DNA of 64,000 bases, taken from assembly GCA_023213395.1 (NCBI GenBank), contig CM041465.1, positions 102,121,741-102,185,740 of the forward strand, read 5' to 3'. This document shows, piece after piece, positions 11,310 through 23,739 of this stretch; within the stretch, counting starts at the first letter, position 1; each line of letters opens with the position of its first letter. Position numbers and translations under genes: made by a program. Under the pieces are notes generated by a model, which saw only the letters and a program-made list of their open reading frames with translations, was not told where the DNA came from and searched no databases. This stretch comes from Cycas panzhihuaensis. Its lineage: Eukaryota; Plantae; Cycadophyta.

Positions 11310-13860
11310 TATTTCACTATAATTAGGCCTCTTGACACGATTAGATTCATATTTAGATTGTTGAGTTTAAGCTAGTTGATGATTATCTATTTTATATATT
11401 TATAGATATTTATTTGATGGTGTGAATGGTGTTTGATTTACTTTTGATTCATCATTTCATGATTTGACTATAGATTTAGATATATTTGGTCTTTTATTAT
11501 GTGGTTTTTAGTTCTGGGATGATTAGATGATTGATTATGTATGATCATTATTATGTTATTACCAATGACTAATACTATAGTGCATTTTATATCTTCTACT
11601 CAACATGAAGCCTACCTTGTCCAAGTCCTTAGTTTATCATTTGATTTCTTGACTATTGTTTCTCTAGTTTTTAGTTGATTTTAGACCCATCTTAACTCGT
11701 TTATTGGTTTCAAGTTACAATGACTTTGGCCTTATCCGTGTGTTTTTCAACCTTGTATTCTTCAATAAATTATTTTTTTTAAGAAAATATTTTTCTATGT
11801 TCTTTTGCCACTTTTCATTAAACACATTTTTGGTAAGTTCAAAAACGTGATTTTATTAATAAAATATGATCATCATGTTTTACTAAGAAAGTCACATTTT
11901 TTACTGTGTTATTTATAAAATGCGATAAATAATACCAATTTTCGCAGCTTTAACCTTCTAGAATCAAAGTAATTTATTGTCTTACCTACCCTAACCACCT
12001 TCTAATAATGTTTTAGGTCCTCTTCATATAATGATTGTGATAGTAGAAGTTAATTAATGCATGGCCGAAAACCATGGCATGATTTCTGATCTTTCTTATT
12101 CCTTAATTTGAATAAATCTTAGTGATTTTCTGAGTTGAGGGTAATTAAAGAGTCTTTGTAGAGTTCTTTTGAGATTTTTTTAAAGTGAATTTATACTGCC
12201 AAACTTCTGTGAAATCTTGCTTGTGTTTTCCTTACTGTTTAAGACTTGATTGGAGATCCGTCTTTATGAGAATCTATTGGTCCTACTATGAGAAGTAAAG
12301 TGTTACATTTACCTTATTTTTTGCTTGGTTCTCAGGCCCAACCTCTTACTCATCTGCTAAAATCAATCTCTTACAGTCTCTTTCAGTTTTACTTGTGTTA
12401 CCATTCTCTCTATCAACATCTTTATCATCTTTCCAATTATTCTCATGGCTCTTTAGACTTGATGGTGAAGTGTTGAATATAAGTAAAGCACTATTTTGAG
12501 TTATACATTACTAGTTTTAATTAGCTTTAAGGTAATTTTACTTAAATTAGTTGATGGTTTCTCTTTTAAGTTAATGTATGATTTGTTTCAAGTTTATTTC
12601 AAAAAAATGCAAAAAAAAAATACTTTCTTTATTTTTAGCTTTCATTACTATTGAAATTCAATGGTTTTGTTGATTTTTTTTTTTTATGATAAAGTTTAAG
12701 ATCAAATTAGATTTGGTATTTAAGGTAATATCTTGTTAATTAAGTTGTGAAAAAGTTATTTTCAAGAATTGAACTAGTTTTAATTCTTAATTATAATATT
12801 TTTTTGAGCAATCACACCCTTTTTGTTTGCTGAATCTAAACAAGTTTAGCCCTGCTAAAGGTTGAAATATCACATCCCAAACTTTTGAGAGAAAGTGAGG
12901 TAGTAAATATGAAAGGGCCATCAAATAGAATAATTTTTCTCTTTCGCATGTAAAGTCTATTTTATGCTACATGCTAGTTATGATTATCTTGATCAATTTG
13001 TAAACTTGCACATGAGAACTACTTTTTTTGAATCAATTATTGCAATATATATGTTATATTCTCTTTGCCATAAGTATCATCTTAATATAAGGAGTCATTG
13101 AAAAGAAGTGACGTATTTCGGTTGCAAGGTTCATTACAAGGTACACATCATTTGTCCTAATACTCAGTTTGATTTCATTTCTTGGTTTCATGATCTTATT
13201 AAAAAGAAAAAAGGGAAAATAAAAGCAAAGTAATTATATCTTTTCTCTATCAATTGTTTGCTTTGTTTGTCTTTTCTTGTTTTGTTTACATACACATGAA
13301 AAGAATAGACTTTAGAAGGTTTGATCTTGTAAGTCTTAGGCTTAGACTTACAATTATCTAATTACTTGTTTCTTTACTCTTGAATTTTCTATTTGAGTAC
13401 ATTTAAATAGGTGGAAAAAGAAAGTAAAAGAGTAAGTGATAGGATAAATGTAAATACAACTTAAGCACCTAGATCTTCTTTGTCTCTTATGGTTATTTTG
13501 TTTATCCTAGAACATCTAACAAAAACCACAAGAGTGAAAAGAAAAGGAATTGCATGCTTGCATATTATAGGGTTTGATTGATTGTATAAATATTTTGTGT
13601 TGTATTCATACAAACTAAGAGTGCATGCTAGTTTTTACATGTAGGCTTGGCTTGTTGATACTTTGTTTTGTTTAAGTAGATTTAGATCTATTTCTCTTAT
13701 ATGTATGTAAATAGTTTCAAGCCTTATATTAGTGTAATTCTTTAATCATATAACCCATCTACAACTAGATAGAGACTCCTTCTTAGGAGTTGGTTGAAAA
13801 GGCTTACTCTTTTAGACTAGTCACTTTAGTGATTGGCCCTTAGCCAATAAACCATCAATA
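11310..13860 (+). repeat. Putative E1 3' LTR (~2.5 kb)
   Basis: Starts TATTTCACT right after the PPT, compared with the E2 LTR start TGTTTCACC. End inferred from weak similarity to the E2 LTR end; partner LTR not in window. Confidence 0.55.
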
Positions 13861-15433
13861 TTATACATAGACTGTCGTAGTTAAGACGACAAAGGCAACT
13901 CATCAATATAGAATAATAACAATAAAAATGACATGTAATTACCTGCCAAAAATGTCGAAAGGAAGAATAATAAAATGTAATAGTTAATGATAATAACAAC
14001 AACGTCGATGATAATCATGCTCATGATATTTCTAAATTTCAATATGAATAGCATCATAGTATGTTAAAATTTGATCAGTAGACTATAAAAGGAATTAGAA
14101 TGATATAAATGCACACATGACATTGAATGCCCATATGAAGATTTATGCCCCTTATTACAGTAAGGGCGGCGTGTATGCATATCTTATTAATCCATTATTT
14201 ATAGCATAATTCCCTAATAATCTTTTAAACAATGCAAAATAATAGAGAAGATTTATTTTTATATAGTTGGTATGATATCTAATTAGAATGGTATTGCACT
14301 AAACAAGTAAATAAGACAAAGGGAATATTACACGTCATGAACTCCTCTTTTCAAATTTTGAATACATAGATTTTGCAAGAATGGAGATGATATCGTAATA
14401 CCCACAATGATAATGATAGGAAGCAAATAATGATGGGAATTGATACTGGCTTATGGTACATGTTGGTAATATACATTCTTAATATGCCAAGTGCAATAGA
14501 TTGTATGATGGTTACAATCATGATGTGATGGTGATACCCAACTTTGTTCAAAATAGGTGTAGTGTTTGATCAACATTGCATGCTTATATTCTTTTTTTTT
14601 TTAAATGAATATTGTTGGTTAATTGGGCATATATTATTTTACATGGCTAGTTGAATAATATTATTTTAGGTATAGGCATAGCCAGTCAAACACCTAATAT
14701 TTTTTACATTTAGTCATGAATGGATCATATGTTGAATAATGTTGAGGCGTGATCTAAACGCACATCAAGTCTGTTGTAATAACCCAATATTGATCAATAA
14801 TACAATAATAAATGTCTAATTTAATATAGGAAAGAGAAGGTGATCTTAAGGTTTAGGTATATGAGGCAATCGTGGGCAAGGTTTTTTTATCTAAAAAAAA
14901 TTTAGATTTTTTCTTGTGCACAACAGGATTTTTATAGTAGTAACAAGTATAACAATAACTTCTAGTAGCAATAATAATTGTATCAACTTTTAGCAATAAT
15001 AAGTCTATTCTAGAAACTATACATATTGGCATAGAAGAATTCCATGATTTAATTTTCAATTAGCTATAATAAAACATATATATGAGGGATATTTTAATAA
15101 CTAACAGGTTCAGTGGCTAGTTATTCATGTGTTCTAGTGGGGATGGTCGTGTCTTATGTGGACTTTAAGTTAACAAGAGGATGGACTGTGCATTTGAGCG
15201 ATATTTTAACAACTAGCAAATGCAATGGTTGGTCATCCATGCATTCCAGTTAACATTCATACCCTCATATAGACTTCATCCTCGATGTGGAAAGTGTTGA
15301 ATTGTATCTAGTATGACCATGGTTTATTTAGTCTTTTATATGAAGATGTAATTAGGTTTTTTTGGTGATATCTGTCAATTATGCTATGACTGTTTTGATG
15401 TGTAACAAATGGTATATACGAGGGTCCTAATGA

Positions 15434-15555
15434 TGTAGTTGAGTAGGTAGTTTAATATATAATTCAGGGGAAAGAGAGGACTCTACAAAACATAGTGTAG
15501 TTGAGTAGGTAGATTAAATATAATGAAGCAGAAAGAGGAGACTCTACAAAGTATA
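15434..15555. repeat. Tandem duplication, 62-bp unit x2
   Basis: TGTAGTTGAGTAGGTAG...ACTCTACAAA at 15434 and 15496. Confidence 0.85.
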
Positions 15556-16652
15556 GAAATAACAAAGTACGTTAAGAGAGGATAGATAACATAGGTTAGA
15601 AGTACACCATCAAAGGTTACTTCAACAAATTGTGGTCATGCTTTAATATCATTATTTCTATCCAAGCAAATATGTTAAGGCTTTTTGCAGAACAAGGTCA
15701 CATGTATATCAAAATATTGTTGATTTCAAAATTTTGGAGTCAAATGAGGGCATTTGACAATGTTGTGACAGGGGAGATGTGTGCAAAGAAAAAGACTACA
15801 ATGCAAGCCAAATTTGGATCACAATTCAATATGCGAGTAGGATTTTAAATTACAACATGAAGTGCAAGCAAGACCAAAGCTTACAACCCAAAGTGCAAGT
15901 AGGACCTTAGATTATAATTATGATGGATGATATAATTATTGTTTTTGTTAACAAACTATTATTAATGAGTTAGTTGAAAAATGGTTAGGGGGTAAGACTA
16001 TAAAAGAAGCATTCATGTATATGAAAGAGGGGGATGCATATGAGAATGCTTTAGGCTTTCTCTCCTATCATCCATTATATCTCTCATTGTGTATTCGATT
16101 GAGAGTTCTTCATTGTTGTGTTTTAGGTTTGCATGTGATCCTTTTTAGGTCGGTGCAGTCCCCTTATTGGTAATGGAATAGGTTTTATCTCAATTTTAAT
16201 GTATTGTATTGGTATTGCGAGCATGTGACATTGGCAAGGTGATCATTATTTTACTTATGTATTTCCTACTTGCATTGATTTTTGTTGGTGACAATAGAGA
16301 GTAAATAGGCTATAGTTTGAAATATGGCCCATAAATGACTTAAAAAAATGTGATAAATTAGCCCTTATATTTACATCTACAACACAAAAATAGCCCCTAA
16401 GAAACTTCAAGATGAGTCCCAAAAACACATTTATAACTCTTAAAAAAAGGACATTACAAGTCATAGAAAGTAGGCGTTTAATAGAGTTCTACAAGGACAT
16501 CAAATTTGTGAAATGATGACTCTAAAAAATGTGAAAAAAGAAAAGGCTTTAAATGTTTTACCCAAATGATTCAACCTTGGGCTTTGTGATACCATTATGT
16601 TGGCTTTGATACTACTCTGCTAGAAACTTGACATGCAACTTTGATACAATAA

Positions 16653-16807
16653 TGTTGGGTGACTAGACTATGAAAGTAATGACATGTAAGATGGACCTAA
16701 CTAGGAGATGAAATGGACAATAAGGTGAGTGAAAGATATATCGAATAAAATATAAAGATGATATATATACAAGTATGAGTGCACATAAGATATGGAAGAA
16801 TGGCTAA
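16653..16807 (-). repeat. E6 LTR, left portion (split by the E2 insertion), adjacent to a minus-strand tRNA-Met PBS
   Basis: Begins TGTTGG after CTTTGATACAA (reverse PBS); continues at 53301-53505 ending CAACA, giving TGTTG/CAACA termini. Confidence 0.6.
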
Positions 16808-19800
16808 TGGTTGCATGGTCGTGGTACATCCTTAAGGCCTTAAAGGAGAGAGGGGGAACCTCTCAAATGAAGTGAAGAAGAAACAATGTCGCATACCCTT
16901 TGACTCCCTCATGAATAGAAGGAAGGTAGTCTCCTATGTGTGTATGAAAAAGGGAAATTTAACTAACTAGTAGCTAATAAAAGAATAAAGAACAAAAACA
17001 GAAAAAAAAAAGCAAAGAGAAATAAAAAATAAATAATCTTTAGCTACCTCTCTCTAAATAAATAAACAATCCATAAGAACTCCCAAAAAATAGAAGAGCC
17101 ATTAGGGCCCTTGCCCTAGATAAAGATGCCCTTAGGTTTCCTAAACACCATCCATCTCAAACCACCTAAAGGAAAGATCTAACTTAGCTCTCTACCCAAA
17201 ACAAAGATAAAAAACCACATTGTGCTATCTATAGAACATGAGGATTAACAAAGAAGAGGCCGAAAGGAGACAGGACCATGGGATAGATTCTCTAACGGAT
17301 AAGTCGATAGGGACTTATGCTTACTAGTAACAATCTATTTTCATAGTTGTGAAAGGTTCAAGATTATCCGCATCCATCTCTAACTAGTCTCATCAACTCT
17401 TAGAGGTGAAAGAGATAAGAAGACACTACTTTTGACCTAAAGTATGGAAATAAGTTCTCTCAACCACAAGTGATCAAAATAGTTGTTTGTCACTTATAGT
17501 GTTTGAAACGTGGTGAAAAAAATTAATCTCAAATGATGGTGAGCTTGTATATTAGGGGTTTGATTGATTAAAAACTCCTTTGTGATGAGAAGTATTTGTC
17601 TTCAAAAGAAGAGTGAGTTTGTAAGTTAGGGGTCTCAATTCTCGGTCAATTAAAAACTCCCTTGCTTAAGGAAACATGACCTACCTTACAGGATAAACAA
17701 GCAACACACCTCTAAATGTAAGTTAGATATGCACTTTAAGATTATATGCAACCATCATAAAACTTATTCTATGCAAACATGATAAGTAAGGGATGCACTC
17801 TAACCTAATGCACTTAAATGTACACTATATGTTTATATTTTTTCTCGTTGTTTCCTTTTTTGTTAATGAAGCTAAATGCACATGTTATCTACCCTAATGC
17901 ACAAGTATAAGAAGGTAAATATGAGTTCTTTCATTACACTTACTCTTATCATAGTTATAGGATGCATATGAGTTCCTTGACTTGATTTTGATTTATGTTG
18001 TCTAATTAAGAAATAAATGCAACTAAATACTCTCTTATCATTTCTTTTTATTTCAACTTGGCATGAATTAATACATGCAAGAAGGATGCTTTCTTTCTTT
18101 TAATGAGAATATATGTAAACATCAAACCAACAAAGAAAATAAGTAACAAATATCTCGTGTAAGAGTGTTATGCAATTTTTTATTTCCTCCTTTTATTGTC
18201 TTAATTATACTAGCATGCAAAGCACATGATAATATTATGAAGCTTAAAATAAAAGGAGGCAAAGAAATGTGCACGTTTATCTTAATTAAAGGTTAAGCAT
18301 GTCTCTTATAGATTTTATATGTTCCACTTTTCATAGTCAGGTTAGGAAAAAGTTAGGTATAATCATTTAATTTTTATGGAATAATTATAATTTCAAATAA
18401 TAACAAGTATAATAGTCTTTCTTATAAAAATTCTAATAGAATCTTAACTCTACCTAGAGAATTTTAATGAAGAAAGAATTAGGAGAAGGCTCAAATTTGT
18501 ATTGAAAAGGATTAAAGACTCTCCTTAATACTCCTTAACAAGGCAATTTATCTCCCTAAGCAAAATTTAACATTATGACAACTATTTTTTCTAATTTTTT
18601 TCAAGGTTATAAGTATGAACCTTGCCTGAGGAGGAAGAAATATAAGAAAGGAGTGAAGATCCAAGCTAAAAAGTAACTTAAATCAAGAAAAACCAAGTAA
18701 TCAACTTTAAAATTTAACAAGTTACTTTTAAATAACTCAGATTTAAAATATATTCATGTTATTCAAGAAACTCAAGCCTATAAGATTGGCAAAATCATAA
18801 TTTCTTACCAATGTAACATTAAACATAGAGTGTAAAGAAGGAGGGTGCCTTAGATTTGTGCTTTATAACCTTTGAATTGCTTCAAGATTATACTGTAGTA
18901 AGCCATAAAGATAAAAATGTCATGTTGTGGGAAAGAAATAGAATAAAAAAAAGAGCTTCAACCGAAAAAGAGAAGTGAAAGAGAGAGGATATGGCTAATA
19001 TAAGAGGGAGGTATGAATTTAGGTGGGAACACTCTGAAAATTTTGAATCCCTTTTGAAAATACTCTGAATTAATTGCCAAGTAGTCTTAAATGGTGTTCA
19101 AAAGCTCTCAAAGTGGTCAATAGAAAATTTGGTAGCATTTCGTTGCGCACCTCTTCCTCTATTTTTCACAAAATAGTGGCCCTGTTTATAGAAAAATAAG
19201 AGGGGAAGGCCTTAGGCAAAATCGTAGATGGATAATCATGGTTTTGCCAAAAACTATAATTGAAAATACCATAAAGTTTGAAATTTAGGTGTGATTTAAT
19301 TTTTGTTTACACCACAACTAATAAAAAAATGTAATAAATAGTTTAAATTGTGATAAATATATTGAAAAAATATAACAAATCACTAAGAAATGTAATAGAT
19401 TACCATGAAAAATGTGATTTAGTAGATATGTTTATTATAGTTGTTATAAAAAATATGACAAGATAATAAAAAATATAACCAACATTTGAAAAACATGATT
19501 TATGTGTGAAAAACGTGATAAAAGTAACAATTCTGAGTGATCTCACATTTTTTGACAGCACAAAAGATATGATAAATTGTCAAAAACATTACCAATTCTG
19601 TAAAAAAAATATTTTTCATGAAAACCTTTGTAACTTTCTCATATGACATTAGAATTTAGTGTTATCTATTGCCTTGTAAAACTAATTCATAAGGATTCAC
19701 AATGTTGAAAAGAAATTATACTTTAAAAACATAATAAAATTTTGGGATGAAGAGGAAGTTAAGGTAAAAGGCTATAAAATAGAAGCCTCATCTTCTGCTA

Positions 19801-20333
19801 GCACATGCTTTACAAAAACCTTCATAACTTTCTCATACGACGTCAAAATTTAGTGTCGTTTATTGCATTAGAAAGATAATTCAAAGGAGTTTACAATGAT
19901 ATCAATAAATAAAACTTTATGAATATACTGAGATTTAAAAAGAGAAAAAAAGTTCAAGACATCAGAATGACACTAGTTGTGAAATAACAAACCTAATCAT
20001 GTTTCATTAGAAAAAGGCTTGTGAGGATTGAGGTAAGGAAAAATCACTCATCAAGGTAGTAGCATGAAAATAATCGATAAGTCATATGCTTAAGAATCAT
20101 GAAATCACAAAAGAGAGTTGGAGAAATCACTTGAAATCATTATGTAATTATTAAGCATAAAGATCTACATCATAAGTAAAATAAAAGGACCATACTCACA
20201 CACCAAAAATATCGAACAGAGTAATATCAACATCCTATAAATAACTAAAATCATACCATCATTAACCAACACTAGAAAGTAGGGTAAGAAATCAATCTTG
20301 GCCATGCTAAGAGAGGCAAAGCATGGTGAAACA
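16808..20333 (-). repeat. E2 3' LTR (~3.5 kb)
   Basis: Colinear with 37352-39597 plus 51949-53295; bordered by reverse PPT TTTACCCCCTTA. Confidence 0.9.
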
Positions 20334-20669
20334 TTTACCCCCTTAGTGATGAAAGCTCTGCGAATAGGTTGAAGTAAGATGGTGAACACCACCAACCTTG
20401 CCAATAAAATTATCTATCTTAGAACTTGGGCTACCTACACTATTTTCTAAATTGATGTGAAGATGCCAAGGTTAAACTAGTGTTTATGGATATAGATGAG
20501 GCTATGGGAAGATCTTTAGCATGGCGAGAGGGATTTGAGAAAACTAACTAAACTCAAAAGAACTAAAATTTATAGTTTTTGATATTTTAAACATTTAATA
20601 TATTTTAGAATTTTTGATGGTCTAAGCTACTTAATGTGTACCAACGAAGTATGTACATGTTGTAATTTG

Positions 20670-20965
20670 CCCACTGTAGTTTTATATCATTAGTGGTTGA
20701 TTTTGAAGGTAATACTTACTATAATTTCACGTCAGTAATTATTGATCTTCAGAGGGAGTACCCACTATAGTTTTGCCTCATTATTGGTTAATTTTTAGAT
20801 GGGTGTATCAACCATAGTTTCACGTCATTAATTATTGATCTTTAGAGGGAGTACCCATCATAGTTTCACCTCATTAGTGGTCAATTTTCAGATGCGTATG
20901 CCCACCATAGTTTCATCTCATTAGTGGTTGATTTTTGGAGGGTTGACCACTATAGTTTATCCTCT
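20670..20965. repeat. Tandem array (~46-bp unit, ~6.5 copies) in the E2 3' UTR
   Basis: Repeating CCCACYATAGTTTCACCTCATTAGTGGTTRATTTT... alternating with ...TTTCACGTCAKTAATTATTGATCTTYAGAGGGAGTA. Confidence 0.85.
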
Positions 20966-21329
20966 TTAACAACCATTCCAAACTCTTGAGTGATACGGAG
21001 AATGGGGTCTTAGAGAAACTTTTGTGGCTATAGTTGAATATTTTTAGGTTTTAATCATTTTTTTTTTTTTTTTTTTAAAGATTTTTAAATATAATATGTG
21101 TATTTAGTTTATACTCATGACAGAGTGTTCAACTAGTTTGTACTCATCATGGAGTGTGTGATGGGAATTACCATAATTTAGGCTCTTTAGTGGATAGGTT
21201 TTTAGAGTCATAGTTTATTCTTATTATAGAGCGAATGGTACTCTCAAGTGCAAGTCTTAAGGGGAAGTAACTAGTTTATATTTATCGCAGAGGTGGCAAG
21301 GGTAAACGTGATGGTACTTAAGGATATGG

Positions 21330-21690
21330 GATATAAGTAACTCAACTCCAACATTTTGACTACAAAAGATATATTAAATGTTGGCAGAAGAGAATTGAAA
21401 TAGCAAGGATTTGGTCGTGGCTAATAAAGTATGCAAGTATTAAGAGTGAGTTTGATAGACATGAGTCAACTAGTATATGATAATCTGGAGTCAGAAAATA
21501 AGTTGATAGGACCAATGTGGAACTATAGAGAATCACTAAGAGGACCTATGATGGTTGTATATTTAGTTATATTATTTATTGCTTTTAGAATATAAACTCT
21601 AGCACTAGTTAGAACATTGTCCATCTGATCACAAATAATCCATATAGTAACAGATGGCTATAGATTTCACTAGCTTCCCTAATAAGTGTG
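21330..21690 (-). pseudogene. Additional RNase H (aRH) of E2, downstream of integrase
   Basis: WIICDQMDNVLTSARVYILKAINNITKYTTIIGPLSDSL..IGPINLFSDSRL aligns by eye with the E1 aRH at 7515-7930. Confidence 0.7.
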
Positions 21691-22967
21691 AATATTCAAT
21701 GCCATACGACTAAGATATAATGACTTGGAGATGCTCTGGTAAATATAGGGATGGTTTGGGAATCAAGCACCAAGGATGTGATTTAAATCTGTTGGTTTGG
21801 CTTTAGCTATTAAATCTTTAAGAAAGTGGGTCCTATAGTTTGGTTTCCTCACCATAGTAACACCTTCCAAAACTAGGTGTTTTTTTTAAAACCTCCCTAA
21901 TGCTAGATAGGTTTCAATCATGATTGAGGCCATAATGGGCTTAAGTAATTAGATTCAAAGGTCTTAAATGATGCACATAATTGGTTCAAAACTACATATT
22001 TACAAGTGGAGATAAAGTTGATATGCAACTTGCCTTAGATATTAAGAAGGCGAAAGAATTATATACATACATATATATAAGTTTTTTTTTAATTTTTAAG
22101 GAAGGGTATCATTCCATATGATGGTTTAGATGAGGGTTGTGGTAAGCCAAGCATCATTGAACCCACTTTTTAGATGACACACCTCATCTGTTCTCATGCC
22201 TACCTAAATGGATAAGTTGACTACAACTATTACATGACTTTCATTGAGATACAATGAGTGTTAAGAGTAATTAGATTTGGAAGGTATGATAGTGATTGGC
22301 CTACCTATGGGGCATTAGGCCTTGGAGACTATAATGAGAGTGCATTTTAATGAAGTGTGGGCAATGAAAATCTTGAAACCAAGTCCTTGAGGAATGAACC
22401 ATAGGTAATATAAAGGATATTTAATCAAGGTGTCTCTAAGTATCCAAAGAATGTGTTAAATAACAAACCTTAGGAGAGAAACTAGAGTAGGCCAAGGAGA
22501 CTCACTACAATATGGATTATGCAAGATATCAATGGGCAATGCAAGCAGAGTGCTAACAAAGTGAATTAACGACTGTTGGTAAACTTATTTCGAATGCAGG
22601 TAAAGGAGGTCTAAAGAACACTTAAACCTAAGTAGAATCAATTTCAGAGAAGAAGAGATGCTAGAAAGTCTTGAATATAAATGCACTGAGAAGAAAACTT
22701 ATCTTAAAGTAAGCAAAGATGGTAAGTGAGAAAGAGAGAGAAAATACATGATCGCGAGAATGCTAACAGGCACGGATGCTAGTTTGCTTAAGATAGAACT
22801 CAACTGACTGAAAAAAGGTGTTGCATAGATGAAGAAGCTAATTAATTAGACTTACAACTAAGTACCATATCACCAAGCTAAGCTAGGGAGAAAGACATTC
22901 TAGAGGGATTAGAGCTAAGAGAAGGACATAAAAGGAAAAGCGCAAATACACTTTTTTTTATTCTTTT

Positions 22968-22970
<3 letters not shown>

Positions 22971-22998
<28 letters not shown>
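22971..22998. repeat. (AT)14 microsatellite
   Basis: Direct reading. Confidence 0.95.
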
Positions 22999-23005
<7 letters not shown>

Positions 23006-23739
23006 TGAGGGAATAATATGTACATAAAATTTATTCTCGATTTTAGTAAGAGAACTTCAAAGGGGAGAATAAAAGTGAGTAGGATATAGGGGAAACATCC
23101 CTAAGATCAAGAGAGAATAACCTAGAAGGATTACACGTTCCATCCACATAAGTCTAGAGTTAGTTAGTTTATGTAGTAACCAAGGCTACTAAATAAAACA
23201 ACCAACGCCGATCTTATAGGAATGGAGGTCTATATCATGCCAACAACCCAAATAGGTAGTTAAACATAATTCAAAGGACATGCATAAGAAGAGTCATAGG
23301 AATCCATATCAACATTGAGTGACCTTGACTGACCAATGTTCATATGATACTTCTTAAAAGAAAACTCAAAACCCATCAAATAGATATAAGAATCTACTTA
23401 ACAAGAATTAAATTTTTTGGGTATGCCAGATTCTCCTTTGGTTGCTTCCATGTGCAGGAGGCTTTTAGGAACTTACACCCTACCAAGACCCTCTTTGGCC
23501 CAAGATTCTCATGTGGGCCTATTTTAGGTATCTTCTTCCATTCCTAAGTCTATTATACCCGAGTCCATATCATTTCTAATCTCCCTTTCAAGTTTTTTAG
23601 TAATGTTATACTTGGAGCATAAGGACCATATGCCCCCCAAGCATTGAGCTTGAGGAGAGGAATATAGTTTAGGCTCATTATGGAGTATATGTAGTTTACC
23701 CTCATTTCGGAGTGAGACAACTTGACCTTTCTAAACATA

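Larger units (their letters stand above)
1..13860 (+). mobile_element. E1: 3' part of a decayed Ty3/gypsy Tat/Ogre-type LTR retrotransposon (INT, then RNase H, antisense ORF, tandem array, PPT, 3' LTR); 5' part lies outside the window
   Basis: Integrase motifs WPFSQWGLDLI, YFTKWSEAIPL and HPQANGEVEAFNK at 1-800; GPY module after 6024; PPT AAGGGGACAAA at 11299-11309 resembles the PPT/LTR junction of E2. Right end approximate. Confidence 0.8.

Noticed and set aside
12288-20404. Short 60-80 aa ORFs in LTR and spacer regions
   Set aside because: Expected by chance, low complexity, and where a second LTR copy exists the ORF track shows no counterpart
20670-20965. Regular repeats resembling a CRISPR array (also 33645-33835)
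   Set aside because: Head-to-tail units without unique spacers, no cas genes, eukaryotic TE context
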